DNA from: Octopus bimaculoides
Taxonomy: Eukaryota
NCBI RefSeq assembly: GCF_001194135.2
Contig: NC_068997.1
Coordinates: 19,540,457 to 19,604,456, forward strand
DNA: 64,000 nucleotides
Reading direction: 5' to 3'
Every line of letters starts with the position of its first letter. Position 1 is the first letter of the stretch. A program made the translations under genes and the position numbers. Below are positions 52,702 to 64,000 of this stretch, one piece after another. The notes under the pieces were generated by a model. The model did no database searches. It was given only the letters and a program-made list of their open reading frames with translations, and had not been told where the DNA came from.

Positions 52702-53280
52702 TGGTATTGGTGATGGGGGTGGGAAAGGGTAGGTGCATCATGAACAAGAAATGGCAGAAATGGCTAGGTTTACCACAAGAAAATCGAAATAGCAGCAAAG
52801 GGCAATAGTGAAGCAAAGAATGATAGAAACACATGAGTATTTAAAGGGGTATGATTCTAGAAATTATTAGAGAAATTATAGGTTACGAAGCTATTTTAAT
52901 TCAAGAAATGGCTAGCTTCGCCAGTGGATGTATATTATAACACACACTCACACATGAATTTATATATATATATATATATGTATATAATACATACACACAT
53001 ATATATCTACACATATATATCTAGTAAGTGAATTGCAACAGCTAATGCAGGCTTTTATTTCATGAAGCTTTTTGAGGCATTGTGGATAGTTGATTCTGCC
53101 ACGTACTGTGAAGGAAAAATTGCAGAGTGCATGGAAATAATCAGTAATTATCAATGTGGTAACAAGACAAGCAATAGATACAGTTTGTTGATTCCGTTCT
53201 TATACAATTTTTTAGTATACTTATACATATACATGCATAAATGCATGCATGCAGGCATACATACATACATACACACATAC

Positions 53281-53350
<70 letters not shown>

Positions 53351-53375
53351 ATATGTGTGTGTGTGCATATGTATG

Positions 53376-53410
<35 letters not shown>

Positions 53411-53694
53411 TTATGTGTGTATGTATGTATATATGTATGCATGCATGTGTATGTGTGTAGAATGACGAATCCTAGGACCAACTGTTCCAGGGAACTTGGT
53501 AATGCCACTTAGAATTAAGTAGCCAAAGGATTAATGCTGAGTGTGAGAATATTTTAAATTAGAACGGTGAGTCAAGTATGTAGAGATTTTGTTTACCCTG
53601 AAGAAAGCATGGCGAGATGAAGGGACTAATTTGACTGACTATTGCTTATATACTTATTAGCAGAGTAAAGTGCATTACTACAAATAACTATACA

Positions 53695-53920
53695 GATGAT
53701 GATGATGATGATGATGGTGGTAGTGGTGGTGGCGGCGGTGGTGGTGGTGATGATTATGACGATGATGTTTGTGGCAGTAGTGGCTGTCGTGGCGGTGGTG
53801 GTGACGACGACAATGAGTATGATTGTGGTTGTGGTGGTGGTGGTGGTGGTGGTGATGATAGTGATGATGATGGTGTGGTGGTGATGAGAATGATGATGAT
53901 GATGATGACGACGACGATGG
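53695..53920. repeat. Mixed GAT/GGT trinucleotide microsatellite (representative of dozens of (TA)n, (CA)n, (TACA)n, (TAGA)n and (CAT)n tracts)
   Basis: Directly visible; source of the poly-His and poly-Met pseudo-ORFs. Confidence 0.9.
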
Positions 53921-55585
53921 AATAAAGCAAAGGGCGGGGTTAAAGGAGCATAAAAAAAAAACAAGACAAAAATGAGTAGATAAATAGGGATGTCTGTGAA
54001 AATGAAAAGATAGACGGAAGGATAGACTGGAAATAGATGGCAAAGTTAAGATAAAATTAAATTTAAAATGAGGGGGGAAACAGATAAAGTGTTGAGTGAT
54101 TCTGTATATAGATAGGTAGATAGATAGATAGATAGATAGAGGGACAGATGATAATGACGATGTTGAAGTAGTGTCCAGTCCCTGAGGGAACAATCATGGC
54201 AGTGAAGTCAGCACTTCCTTAATCCACAGCTACGACTGAGTTCAGACAGAACACAACACAGACACACATGCGCACGCACACACACACACAAGCACATCCA
54301 CTAAGATACACATAGACGTACATATAAAAATAGAAACACACACACACAATGAGATACGCAGGTGAATACATCCTTATAAAAACACACACACGCACGCACA
54401 TACACATATGTATATTTATATACACATAGACGCATTCAAATATACATATACAGGAACACATATAAAAACATACATGCATATGCACTCACATATAAACACA
54501 CATGCACACTTACATGTGCATGCAAATATAAATATGTACATCTATATACTTTTATCACTCCCTGTATACATTTGTCTATATATATATATATCATCATCAT
54601 GATGATGATCATCATCATCGTTTAACGTCTGCTTTCCATGCTAGCATGGGTTAGACGATTTGACTGAGGACTGGTGAAATCGGATGGCAACACCAGGCTC
54701 CAATCTATATATATATGTATATACACACACACACATACATATACAGGGTGTGATGGGTAAATTGTTGCCATTTCATATTTTTAATTTCGTGCATGCGCAT
54801 TGTTTGTTTTTGATTTTGTCGACTACACAGTATGGTAGGTTCTGTTGGGCACCATCTGTGAGAGAAACAGCACCATGACACAATTCACTCTGTTAAAAAT
54901 TTGGAAACAACATGCTGTACTGCTTGGCATTCATGTCAGAAGCTCCAATATGAACATTTCAGAGTGTTTGAGTGTCAATCTGAGGACATGTATCGAGAGT
55001 GATAAAAATCAAACATCCAGTCAACATTATGGTGTTTGAACTGATCACTAGTGATGGCAATGTTTGTGCCCCTGTAACTTAGTAATTCAGCAAAAGAGAC
55101 TGATAGAATAAATACCAGGCCTAAAAAATAACACCTAGGATCGATTCATTTGAGTAAAAAATTCTCTAAGGTGGTGCCCTAGCATGGCCACAGTCTAATG
55201 GCAGAAACAAATAAAAGATAAAAAAAAAAGAATAAAAGATCAAAAGATGGGAGATAAAACCAAAACAGAAAACCCACAAAAACATAGGTGGGTTCTGGAT
55301 AGGTAAATGGATAAATCATTAATGATTTTATGCACTGTTTAATTATTAAGTTCATTGATAAATAAATAACTAGGGATGTAAATCGATGAATGAATAAATA
55401 AAAGAAAGAATATATAAAAAACAATGGAATGATCAGAAGAGCTGCAGGCATGGCTGTGTGGTTAAGATGTTTGTTTTGCTACCACATGATTATGGGTTCA
55501 GTCCTACTGCAGGGCACTCTGTTATAGGTCAAGCCTGACCAATATCTTCTGAGTGAATTTAGCAGATAAAACTGAAGAGTTTGTC

Positions 55586-55617
<32 letters not shown>

Positions 55618-55710
55618 GGGAGAATGTACGAAAAAAAACAACAACAGACGAGGACAGGTGGTGTAAACAACAAAAGGATGTATTAGTTTGACGCTCGGGA
55701 ATACAGAAAA

Positions 55711-55747
55711 TCTTTAACGTTTCGAGCTACGCTGTTCAACAGAAAGA
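55711..55747 (-). ncRNA. Hammerhead-like motif, family C (U6 variant)
   Basis: UCUUU CUGUUGA A CAGC-GUA-GCUC GAAA CG UU / AAAGA; 5-bp helix I, palindromic ACGU helix III. Confidence 0.55.
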
Positions 55748-55901
55748 ATACGGAGAAAACAAGGANNNNNNNNNNCCACAAAGAAAAAAATAATGTTCTC
55801 CAATTTATCACCCTATCTATATAAATATATATATATATATATATATACATCATCGTCATTATTATATAACGTCTTCCTTCCATGCTGGCATGGGTGGGAT
55901 G

Positions 55902-55940
<39 letters not shown>

Positions 55941-56337
55941 CCAAAAAACGGAATAAGAACGTAACAGATGACAATAAAAACATACGGACAGATAGACAAT
56001 ATGAAGATGGACAGAAAAAACCAGGACGGAACATTTATGACTTTCTTTCATCAGTCAAGCTTCCAATCATCCTTACAGTTTCAGCCTGTTATACTTGAGA
56101 CTGTTCAAAATTGGTAGGCCCCAAAAATCTATGCTAAACCCCCATTTACACATACATACTCCATTCTTACATACATAAATGTGCTTGCACACTCTAGTTC
56201 AGCCAGGTCACTGTTATTATCTCCCTTTCAGTCAGCCTCTTTCTTCCAGTCATTTCATCATGTTGAACTATTAATCCCTACATATCTTTTTTCTCTCTCT
56301 GTTCCTTTTCATTTTCTCTCCATTTTTTTCTCTCAAC

Positions 56338-56375
56338 CCTTTCTGTTGAAGCGCATAGACTCGAAATATCAAAGA
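56338..56375 (+). ncRNA. Hammerhead-like motif, family C (U6 variant), degenerate copy
   Basis: CCUUU CUGUUGA A GCGC-AUAG-ACUC GAAA UA UC AAAGA. Confidence 0.45.
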
Positions 56376-56563
56376 CTTTTCCATTTTTCCTGAGCATCAA
56401 GCTAATACGGCTGCTTGTTGTTCCCTCACTTTGTCTTTTGATTTCTGTAAATTTGAACTAGATATATGCATATGTCTCTGTTTTTATATATGTATGTTTG
56501 TGTATGTGTATATATATATTGTTAATTCTCAAAACGAGGTATTAACAGTAACTGCACGATAAA

Positions 56564-56860
56564 GTGAAGTATATTGCCACTTAAATGTGGCTGACCCCTA
56601 GGGGTGGATGTTACTGTTGCTTTCAGCCCCAGGAGGACATCTCCTCCAGCTGGCTTATCGACACACTTCAACCCTGAAACTCGAGTCCATTCGTGCTACA
56701 GATCACGATGAGAGGGATAACTTCCCTTGGCAAAACAAAAACAGACAGGACACAGAAGTGTGTCGATAAGCCAGCTGGAGGAGATGTCCTCCTGGGGCTG
56801 AAAGCAACAGTAACATCCATCCCTAGGGGTCAGCCACATTTAAGTGGCAACATACTTCAC
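56564..56860. repeat. Near-perfect 106-bp inverted repeat with 85-bp spacer
   Basis: 56564-56669 vs 56755-56860, 2 mismatches counted by eye. Confidence 0.9.
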
Positions 56861-59800
56861 TATATATATATTCTTTTATTCTTTTACTCTTATATGTATA
56901 TCAGGGATGCGCCATCTACGTAGACAGTGCCTATCTTGAATAAAATAGATTAATAAACATTTTCCTCTCATGGCAAAATATGCACCTTATTCAATAAAAT
57001 TATGAAGGTTAATATGCATAAAATGCAAAATGTTTTATTTTTTTGTAGATTAGGTAGGCATAATTCGCCCCTGCTTTTCAATCTCAGTATTTAAGCTACA
57101 CATAATACTGCTGTAGTACACATGCAGTGTTCATTTCTACAATACTGTTTTCTTTATGTGTAATAAAGGCAGAAATAGATCTGCCTTCAACTCAGTCGGG
57201 CACCTGTATTTCGCTTATGTTTTGTGAGCTTTACTACATAAAGGTCGCCAACTGCCTACCCTGAATAATTACTGACGGCACGTGCCTGATATATATATAT
57301 ATATATTCATTTCTTTTTTCTTGTTCAACTGTCCATCATAAGTCGCCATTGACTGTTTTTGTTCAGTAATCATCTGTGGCAGGCTTGCACATGGTCTACA
57401 AGGCCTGCTCTCAATCTGCAGCTGTGATGACATCTGCTGTTGGTGCAGCTACTTGACACAACAGAGAAGTGATGCCTCTCATGTGACCTTTTGTATTCTC
57501 TCTGTTGTTTCTTATCATCATCATTATTGCATTCAATTCTGATTTTCATGCTGGCATGGGCTGGATAGTTCAGCAGGATCTGATGAGTTGGAAGACTTGC
57601 AGCATGCTCCAAGGTCTATTTTAACATGCTTTCAATGGCTAGATGACTTTTCTAATGCCAGCCCTGTTACAGAATGTGTTGTGTGGTTTTTCCATTGCAC
57701 CAACACTAATGAAATTTGCCTCGTACCCTGGAAAGAGCACAAAGACCAAAGGCACAAAGTTTGGGAGAGAGTAAAATTGATTTAGCAGATTCCAGGAATT
57801 TACTATTGTTTTGCTAAAAGGTAAAGGTGATCTTGACAGGTTTTGAACATAAAATATAAAAATGCCTGTTACTAAATACTGTCTGTTATTGCTTTTGCCA
57901 AAACCAACACTTTAATAGTTTTCCCTATTCCACTGCACCTCAGCCTTTCTAACATTTAATCATTCAATTGTTGCTTTAATTTGAGAATGAGAAAATCAGA
58001 TATGTCAGCAAGGCCATAAAGTAGCAGAAGGTAGAAGCTCCAGGAAATTGTGAAGGAAGCAGAAATGTATAGGAAACACTAGGAGATTGTTGGAGTAGCC
58101 TCAAAAAAGATGGCTAGGACTTGGCAACTAGAGAGTCGGGAGGTGGAAAAATATCAATGCCAGGTACATAGAAGAGAGAGCTCATAGTACAAAGGATCTG
58201 CAGATCATTGTGAAAAGGAAGTAGGACTTGCCCAGCAGGACAATGGATATAGAGGGACCAGACATTCAAGAGCACAATGTTCTTGAGCAAACTCTGGATA
58301 ACTGACCAAGGAACATTTTCCTTCATCCTGTCTGTTATTGCTTTTGTCAACCCCAAATAACATTATAATTTAGGGTAAGCAGTTTGAAGCAACTTTTTGT
58401 ACCCTGAACCACATTTTAACTGGCTGCCCTAAAGCACTGGGAGCCAATACAAGTGGTGGTATAACAAGGTCCTTAGAGAAATCACCAAATGGACAGGCTA
58501 GCAGAAGGTTAAGGTCAACAAACAGCAGCCACCATCATCAAAGGCATCAAATTCCTAAGGGAAGGTGACAAGGTTCCTAGGACGAGAGCAATAATAGGGG
58601 ACCCATTTTCTATTTTGCATCCAGCCTCAGATTGGGAGATGCACGTGAACCTGAAGGGTAGTCATGTCTTCCAAGAGATAGTAGGGGTAACATCACCCCA
58701 AGACATGTTCCTGCTATCCAGGAATACAAAAACAATTCGCATGATTAATACAAAACAGTATACATAATTATCATGGTCGAATTTACAGTGTCCTAGGAGG
58801 GCAGACTTGACATTTCTCACAGGCTGAAGAAAACCATATATCGTTGGCACTTTGGAAAAATGTTTAGCAGCATTTCTTCTTGCACTTTACATTCTGAGTT
58901 CAACTACTACAGAGATCAGTCAACTTTGCTTTTTAGTATTCTGTGGTCGATAGTATCGATTAACACCCTGCCCCTAAAATTACTGACCTTGTGTGTATAT
59001 TAGAAATGTTAGAAAGAATTATTATTAATGCCCAAGTTATTACTTTATATAGAGTATGTACATTTCCCCCAGACACACACTATAGGAGCATAAAATAAAC
59101 AGTCTGTAATGATTCTCTCAATACATTAACAGCAGAAATAAACAAGACTTGAAACCAGGCCGCGAATTTAACAAGAGCTTGCCATTTGTGATATTGAGGC
59201 CAGTTGTATGGCAGAATTGGTAGAACACTAACCACGTCTATATTTAAATAAATATATCCCTTGACCTTATGGTTTCAAATCTCGCCGGGGTCGATTTAGT
59301 TCTTCCTCTTTCTGGAGTTAATAAAAATGTTCACTCCCGTAAAATGTATGGTCATTTGCCCAAGTTACAATTATCGTTAATTTGGTATTAATATTGTTTT
59401 AAGAAAAGAGTGACAAGAATTTGTGACGTTCATGTCTTTACTGAGATATGAACTTTCGAACTATCTGCAGTATATTGGTGTTTCGATGTGGTGGAGTTGC
59501 TGTTTAGCCTCAGCACAGCCGTGATCAAGTAGGTTGATGTTTCTGTCGTGACCACTCCTTTTATTTAAGCATAATGTATCTACAAATACATTATCCAACG
59601 TGTCTTTCCTTTTTTATTTTTATGATAGTAGGATGTGATTTGTGGGAGATTTTACTGGTATTTCTAGCAAGCCGAACGACCACGTAGACAGAGACTCCCT
59701 GGTTGGCTCATGTTTAGATGTGTAGTTGTGCGTTGATGTTAGGGAAGATAAGCGATTTAACGGTTCATGTCAATCAGTAGTGAACGAAGCAAGTAAAAAG

Positions 59801-62181
59801 AGAAAGAAAAGAATAAGAAAGAACAAGAAACAAGTTGGCCTGAGGCTACTAAACGAGGCAGTAGTGAAAGTGGTGTAAAATACCACTGCATACTAGGAAG
59901 ATTCACTGACCGAACACTAAATATTTGCCAAGAGTAAGCAATCCACCCACGTGTGGAGTTTCGTTCAACAAAAATAAATAAACCGATATTAAGCAAGGAA
60001 CTAGATAAAACCCCGTTTAAATTTCGCCGCCCGAAAAAGATATATAATCGAACGAAACTAGAAAAAAAGAAAAGAAAACGTCAGTTGTGTATGTATATAT
60101 ATTTATATATATGTAGAATAAATGAAACAAACATATATACATACATAAATGTAAGCGAGAGAAGAATTAAGGTGTATAGTGGGATGATCGTACAGCTATG
60201 CCACAAGCAGTTAGGATGTCTAGCGTATAGTTCTGTCATTTATTCTATGGAAACTTGTCTGGTATCTTCTGTACTCTTTCCGTTTCACACACACTCACGC
60301 ACTTGTCTTCTCTCTTTCTTTCTCCGTCTCTTTCTTCGACCGCAGCAGCTGATTTCACTGAAAATGCAACTAGCCACTGTGTTAGCCACAACTTCGACAG
60401 TCGCTTATACAGGCTTATGTTATTCAACAAAAACTCTACAGAAATGTGACAGCACCTGCTGGATTCGAACAATGATCGTTCTGGTAAGCAGTTTGGAACA
60501 GTTCCTAATAATACAGCACTTCATTTTATCTTTGTCTTATTGATATCTCAAAGCTTCCCCACTGACTTACGCAAAAAAAAAGAAAGTAAAGAAAAATCCA
60601 TGGTCATTTCTGTTCGCTGTTGGTTTTCTATCAATGCTTCCAGGTTGACTTCACCTACTGATAGTTCTTTCTTTTCTTCTTCTTCGAATCCCTCCCGAGG
60701 TCGACTTAGCTTTTCATTCTTCAAAGAATCGATAAAAATAAGTACCAGTTAACAACTGGTCGCGTTAGTCGGCTGTTCGTTGTGTTTTTTTCTTTTTGAA
60801 ATTGTGTGGTCGTGTGCCTATGTTAGACATAATTCTTAATTTCATTCCACCTTCCTCCACGTCTTTTACAATCACTTTAAGATATTTCGGCACTATAATA
60901 GTGGACAATCTCCCGCCGCCGCCGCATACGAGGTATCGTCTTAATGTTTACCGCAATCGGATGGAAAACCTACCCTCCAACACCATCCGAAAAAGAAAAA
61001 CAAAATGAAAAAAGAAAAATGAAAGAAGGAAAGGAAGAACTAGAAAAAAAAATTGCTTTAACTCCCACCCCACATATTGAATGTGTCTTAATCGAGCAGA
61101 CTATATATATATATATATATATATATNNNNNNNNNNNNNNNNNNNNNNNNNNNNNNNNNNNNNNNNNNNNNNNNNNNNNNNNNNNNNNNNNNNNNNNNNN
61201 NNNNNNNNNNNNNNNNNNNNNNNNNNNNNNNNNNNNNNNNNNNNNNNNNNNNNNNNNNNNNNNNNNNNNNNNNNNNNNNNNNNNNNNNNNNNNNNNNNNN
61301 NNNNNNNNNNNNNNNNNNNNNNNNNNNNNNNNNNNNNNNNNNNNNNNNNNNNNNNNNNNNNNNNNNNNNNNNNNNNNNNNNNNNNNNNNNNNNNNNNNNN
61401 NNNNNNNNNNNNNNNNNNNNNNNNNNNNNNNNNNNNNNNNNNNNNNNNNNNNNNNNNNNNNNNNNNNNNNNNNNNNNNNNNNNNNNNNNNNNNNNNNNNN
61501 NNNNNNNNNNNNNNNNNNNNNNNNNNNNNNNNNNNNNNNNNNNNNNNNNNNNNNNNNNNAGCCAATTATATATATATACATGCATATACATACATGTTAT
61601 ATTTACATACTCATGTATATATACATGCACGTGCAAACACTACACTACACACACACACACACACATACACACACACATACACACACAACATTTATATCTT
61701 GGATGTTTGAATAGACGAAGCGGGGAGAGAGAGAGAGAGAGAGTGAGCGAGCGAGAGCCAAGTCTTGGCACAGATGGTTTTATAGAAAGAAAGCTATGTT
61801 CTTTAAGCTTTGACAAGTAATGAAAGTCTACCAGCCCCGAATATAAACAAATTTGTTCGCTACTATTAATAACAACTGTCGACACTTTTTCTGTTAGTTT
61901 CTTATTCATAATCTTCTTCACATTCCTTCTTTTCTTCCGAAATCATCTTACGACATCGTTATTTCTTTGACTTATCTAAAAACTTACTTTTATATACTTT
62001 AGTTATGCTCAAAAAATAACTGCATATGTTTATTGTATGCGCTCGCACACGCTTCCATACGTACATACATACATACATACATACATGTGCGCAAGTTGCA
62101 TATACAAATATATTATATACACACACACATATACATGTGTGCGTGTATGTATATATCTATGGATATATGTAAATATAATAC

Positions 62182-62213
<32 letters not shown>

Positions 62214-62610
62214 GTGTGTGAACATATATTGGTATGTGTGTGCCTCAAATACACACACACACACACATTACGCTATTTCAATGCTGACAACCACACTAAC
62301 ACGTATACTATTTTTCAATAACACAGACACACAAAACACACCGTATGTAAATGTATTTCAATATTGCACCTACACAACACAATCATGATATTGTACTCAC
62401 GTTACGGGCACGCATACACACATACTCCTGTTCATTCATTTAAGATAAAAAGGAAATATCAGTACACACACACACATCTGTACATATCCGCATGCATACA
62501 TACATATGTACATACATACATACATACATACATCCGCATTCAAAGTTACTATAATAAATCATAACACTCGAGTAATATTAGCGCGTTTTCGCTCACACTT
62601 TCCGTCATTC

Positions 62611-62641
<31 letters not shown>

Positions 62642-63403
62642 GGAGAAATAGAGTACTATGTATATATATATTTATCTATTTATGTTGCAAAGACATATTC
62701 ACATGCTTACGTGTGTATACATATACTAGTACGCACGAAGACTTGTCTAGGTTAGTTATTTGATATGTGATGATGATGATGATAATAATAATAATAATAA
62801 TGATAATAATAATAATAGTTATAATCATTGTTACTATTATGTTTTTTTAAATTTTATTATCAATTAACTTAATACACACGCCATGCTACTCGGTTTTGAA
62901 AAGGGGAAGAAATNNNNNNNNNNNNATATATATATATATATTTATTTATATGTGTGTGTGTTTATGGAGGGAAAACACTGCTGCTAGCCGCCGAGAAGTA
63001 GCGATTGTCTATCATTTCTGTTACAAAGTAGCGAAACTCGAAGAACTATCCTCCCACATCACTATATCTGCACTAAATGCTACTACTGTTACACACACAC
63101 ACACACACGCACGCACACACACGCGCACGCATAACACACATACACACACATAACACACGCATAAATTCTCTTGTTCTCTCACTGCAATGACGTGTTTACA
63201 AGTAGGGAAAACAAGTGAAATATACATCCAGTATTGGGTCTGTTTTGAAGTGTAAGCCTCTCTGTGTGTGTGTGTATTTGTTATATGCATGCATCTGTTG
63301 CAAACTTGTCTATTATAATGTTTTAATATGATTTTAAGACATGTACTTTCAAATTCTGCCTGACCGTCTGTCAATCTATCTATCTATGCCTGACCGTCTG
63401 TCA

Positions 63404-63479
<76 letters not shown>

Positions 63480-64000
63480 GTCTAACTATCTATCTGCTTG
63501 TCTGTCTCTGTCTATCCATCTATCTATACGCACACACATATTTAAAAACACATACATACATGCATACATGTATGCATGCATTCATACATGCATACACACA
63601 TGTTCACAGGAAAAAAAATTGTATTCACATTATATACACATTATATACACCATCAAACGCACAGCTTCATGTACTTATAATGACACTACCACGTTATACA
63701 TCCTTGTGTGGGTGTTTTTAATCTATGATGTGCTTTAAATCAAATATGTGTATATGTATTCTATTGATTCTAGACTGTGTTTATGTAAGTTTGTATGTGT
63801 GTGTTGATTTATGCAATGTTGGAACATGTTTATGTGGGTTGTGTGAGGATGTCGCCTGTTTTTGTTTTTAAAGATGTCATTTTTTAAAAGTAGATTTATG
63901 TAGTTGTACGGGATGTGATTCTTAGTTTTGTGCATGTACGGGGTCTGAGTGAAAGACGTGAGGTTGTGTCTGTTTTGTGGAATGTGTGTGTGTGTTTACC

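Noticed and set aside
53626-54193. His-rich ORFs resembling metal-binding proteins
   Set aside because: Trinucleotide microsatellite with no splice or homology support.
57870-58860. GC-richer block with ORFs 58114-58356 and 58662-58850 and a direct repeat of about 20 bp
   Set aside because: No splice-consistent exon or recognisable domain; probably a decayed LINE, but I could not assign it.

Overview
AT-rich, microsatellite-dense animal genomic DNA with several N gaps. The SINE repertoire points to an octopus or other coleoid cephalopod (inference). Two complete spliced genes were reconstructed by hand, arranged tail to tail: PARP16 (+ strand, 6 coding exons, 6873-15652, 331 aa, H-Y-Y triad, C-terminal tail anchor) and ARMC6 (- strand, 5 coding exons, 22776-19793, 469 aa, plus a likely 5' non-coding exon). 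Almost all other ORF-track entries are microsatellite or gap artefacts. The rest is transposon debris: tRNA-derived SINEs, hAT, piggyBac and mariner MITEs, a Helitron, and HERO-like, RTE and Penelope (GIY-YIG) fragments. The most striking signal is a set of Penelope-type type I hammerhead ribozyme motifs in at least three short non-autonomous element families: (A) a TSD-flanked tRNA-head SINE with a hammerhead tail, (B) a foldback element with two inverted hammerhead-bearing arms, (C) three copies of a family sharing an A6-to-U core change. There are also two TIR families carrying internal (TTAGGG)n arrays, and splice-signal hints of two further genes. No database search or folding calculation was run; protein comparisons use human sequences recalled from memory.
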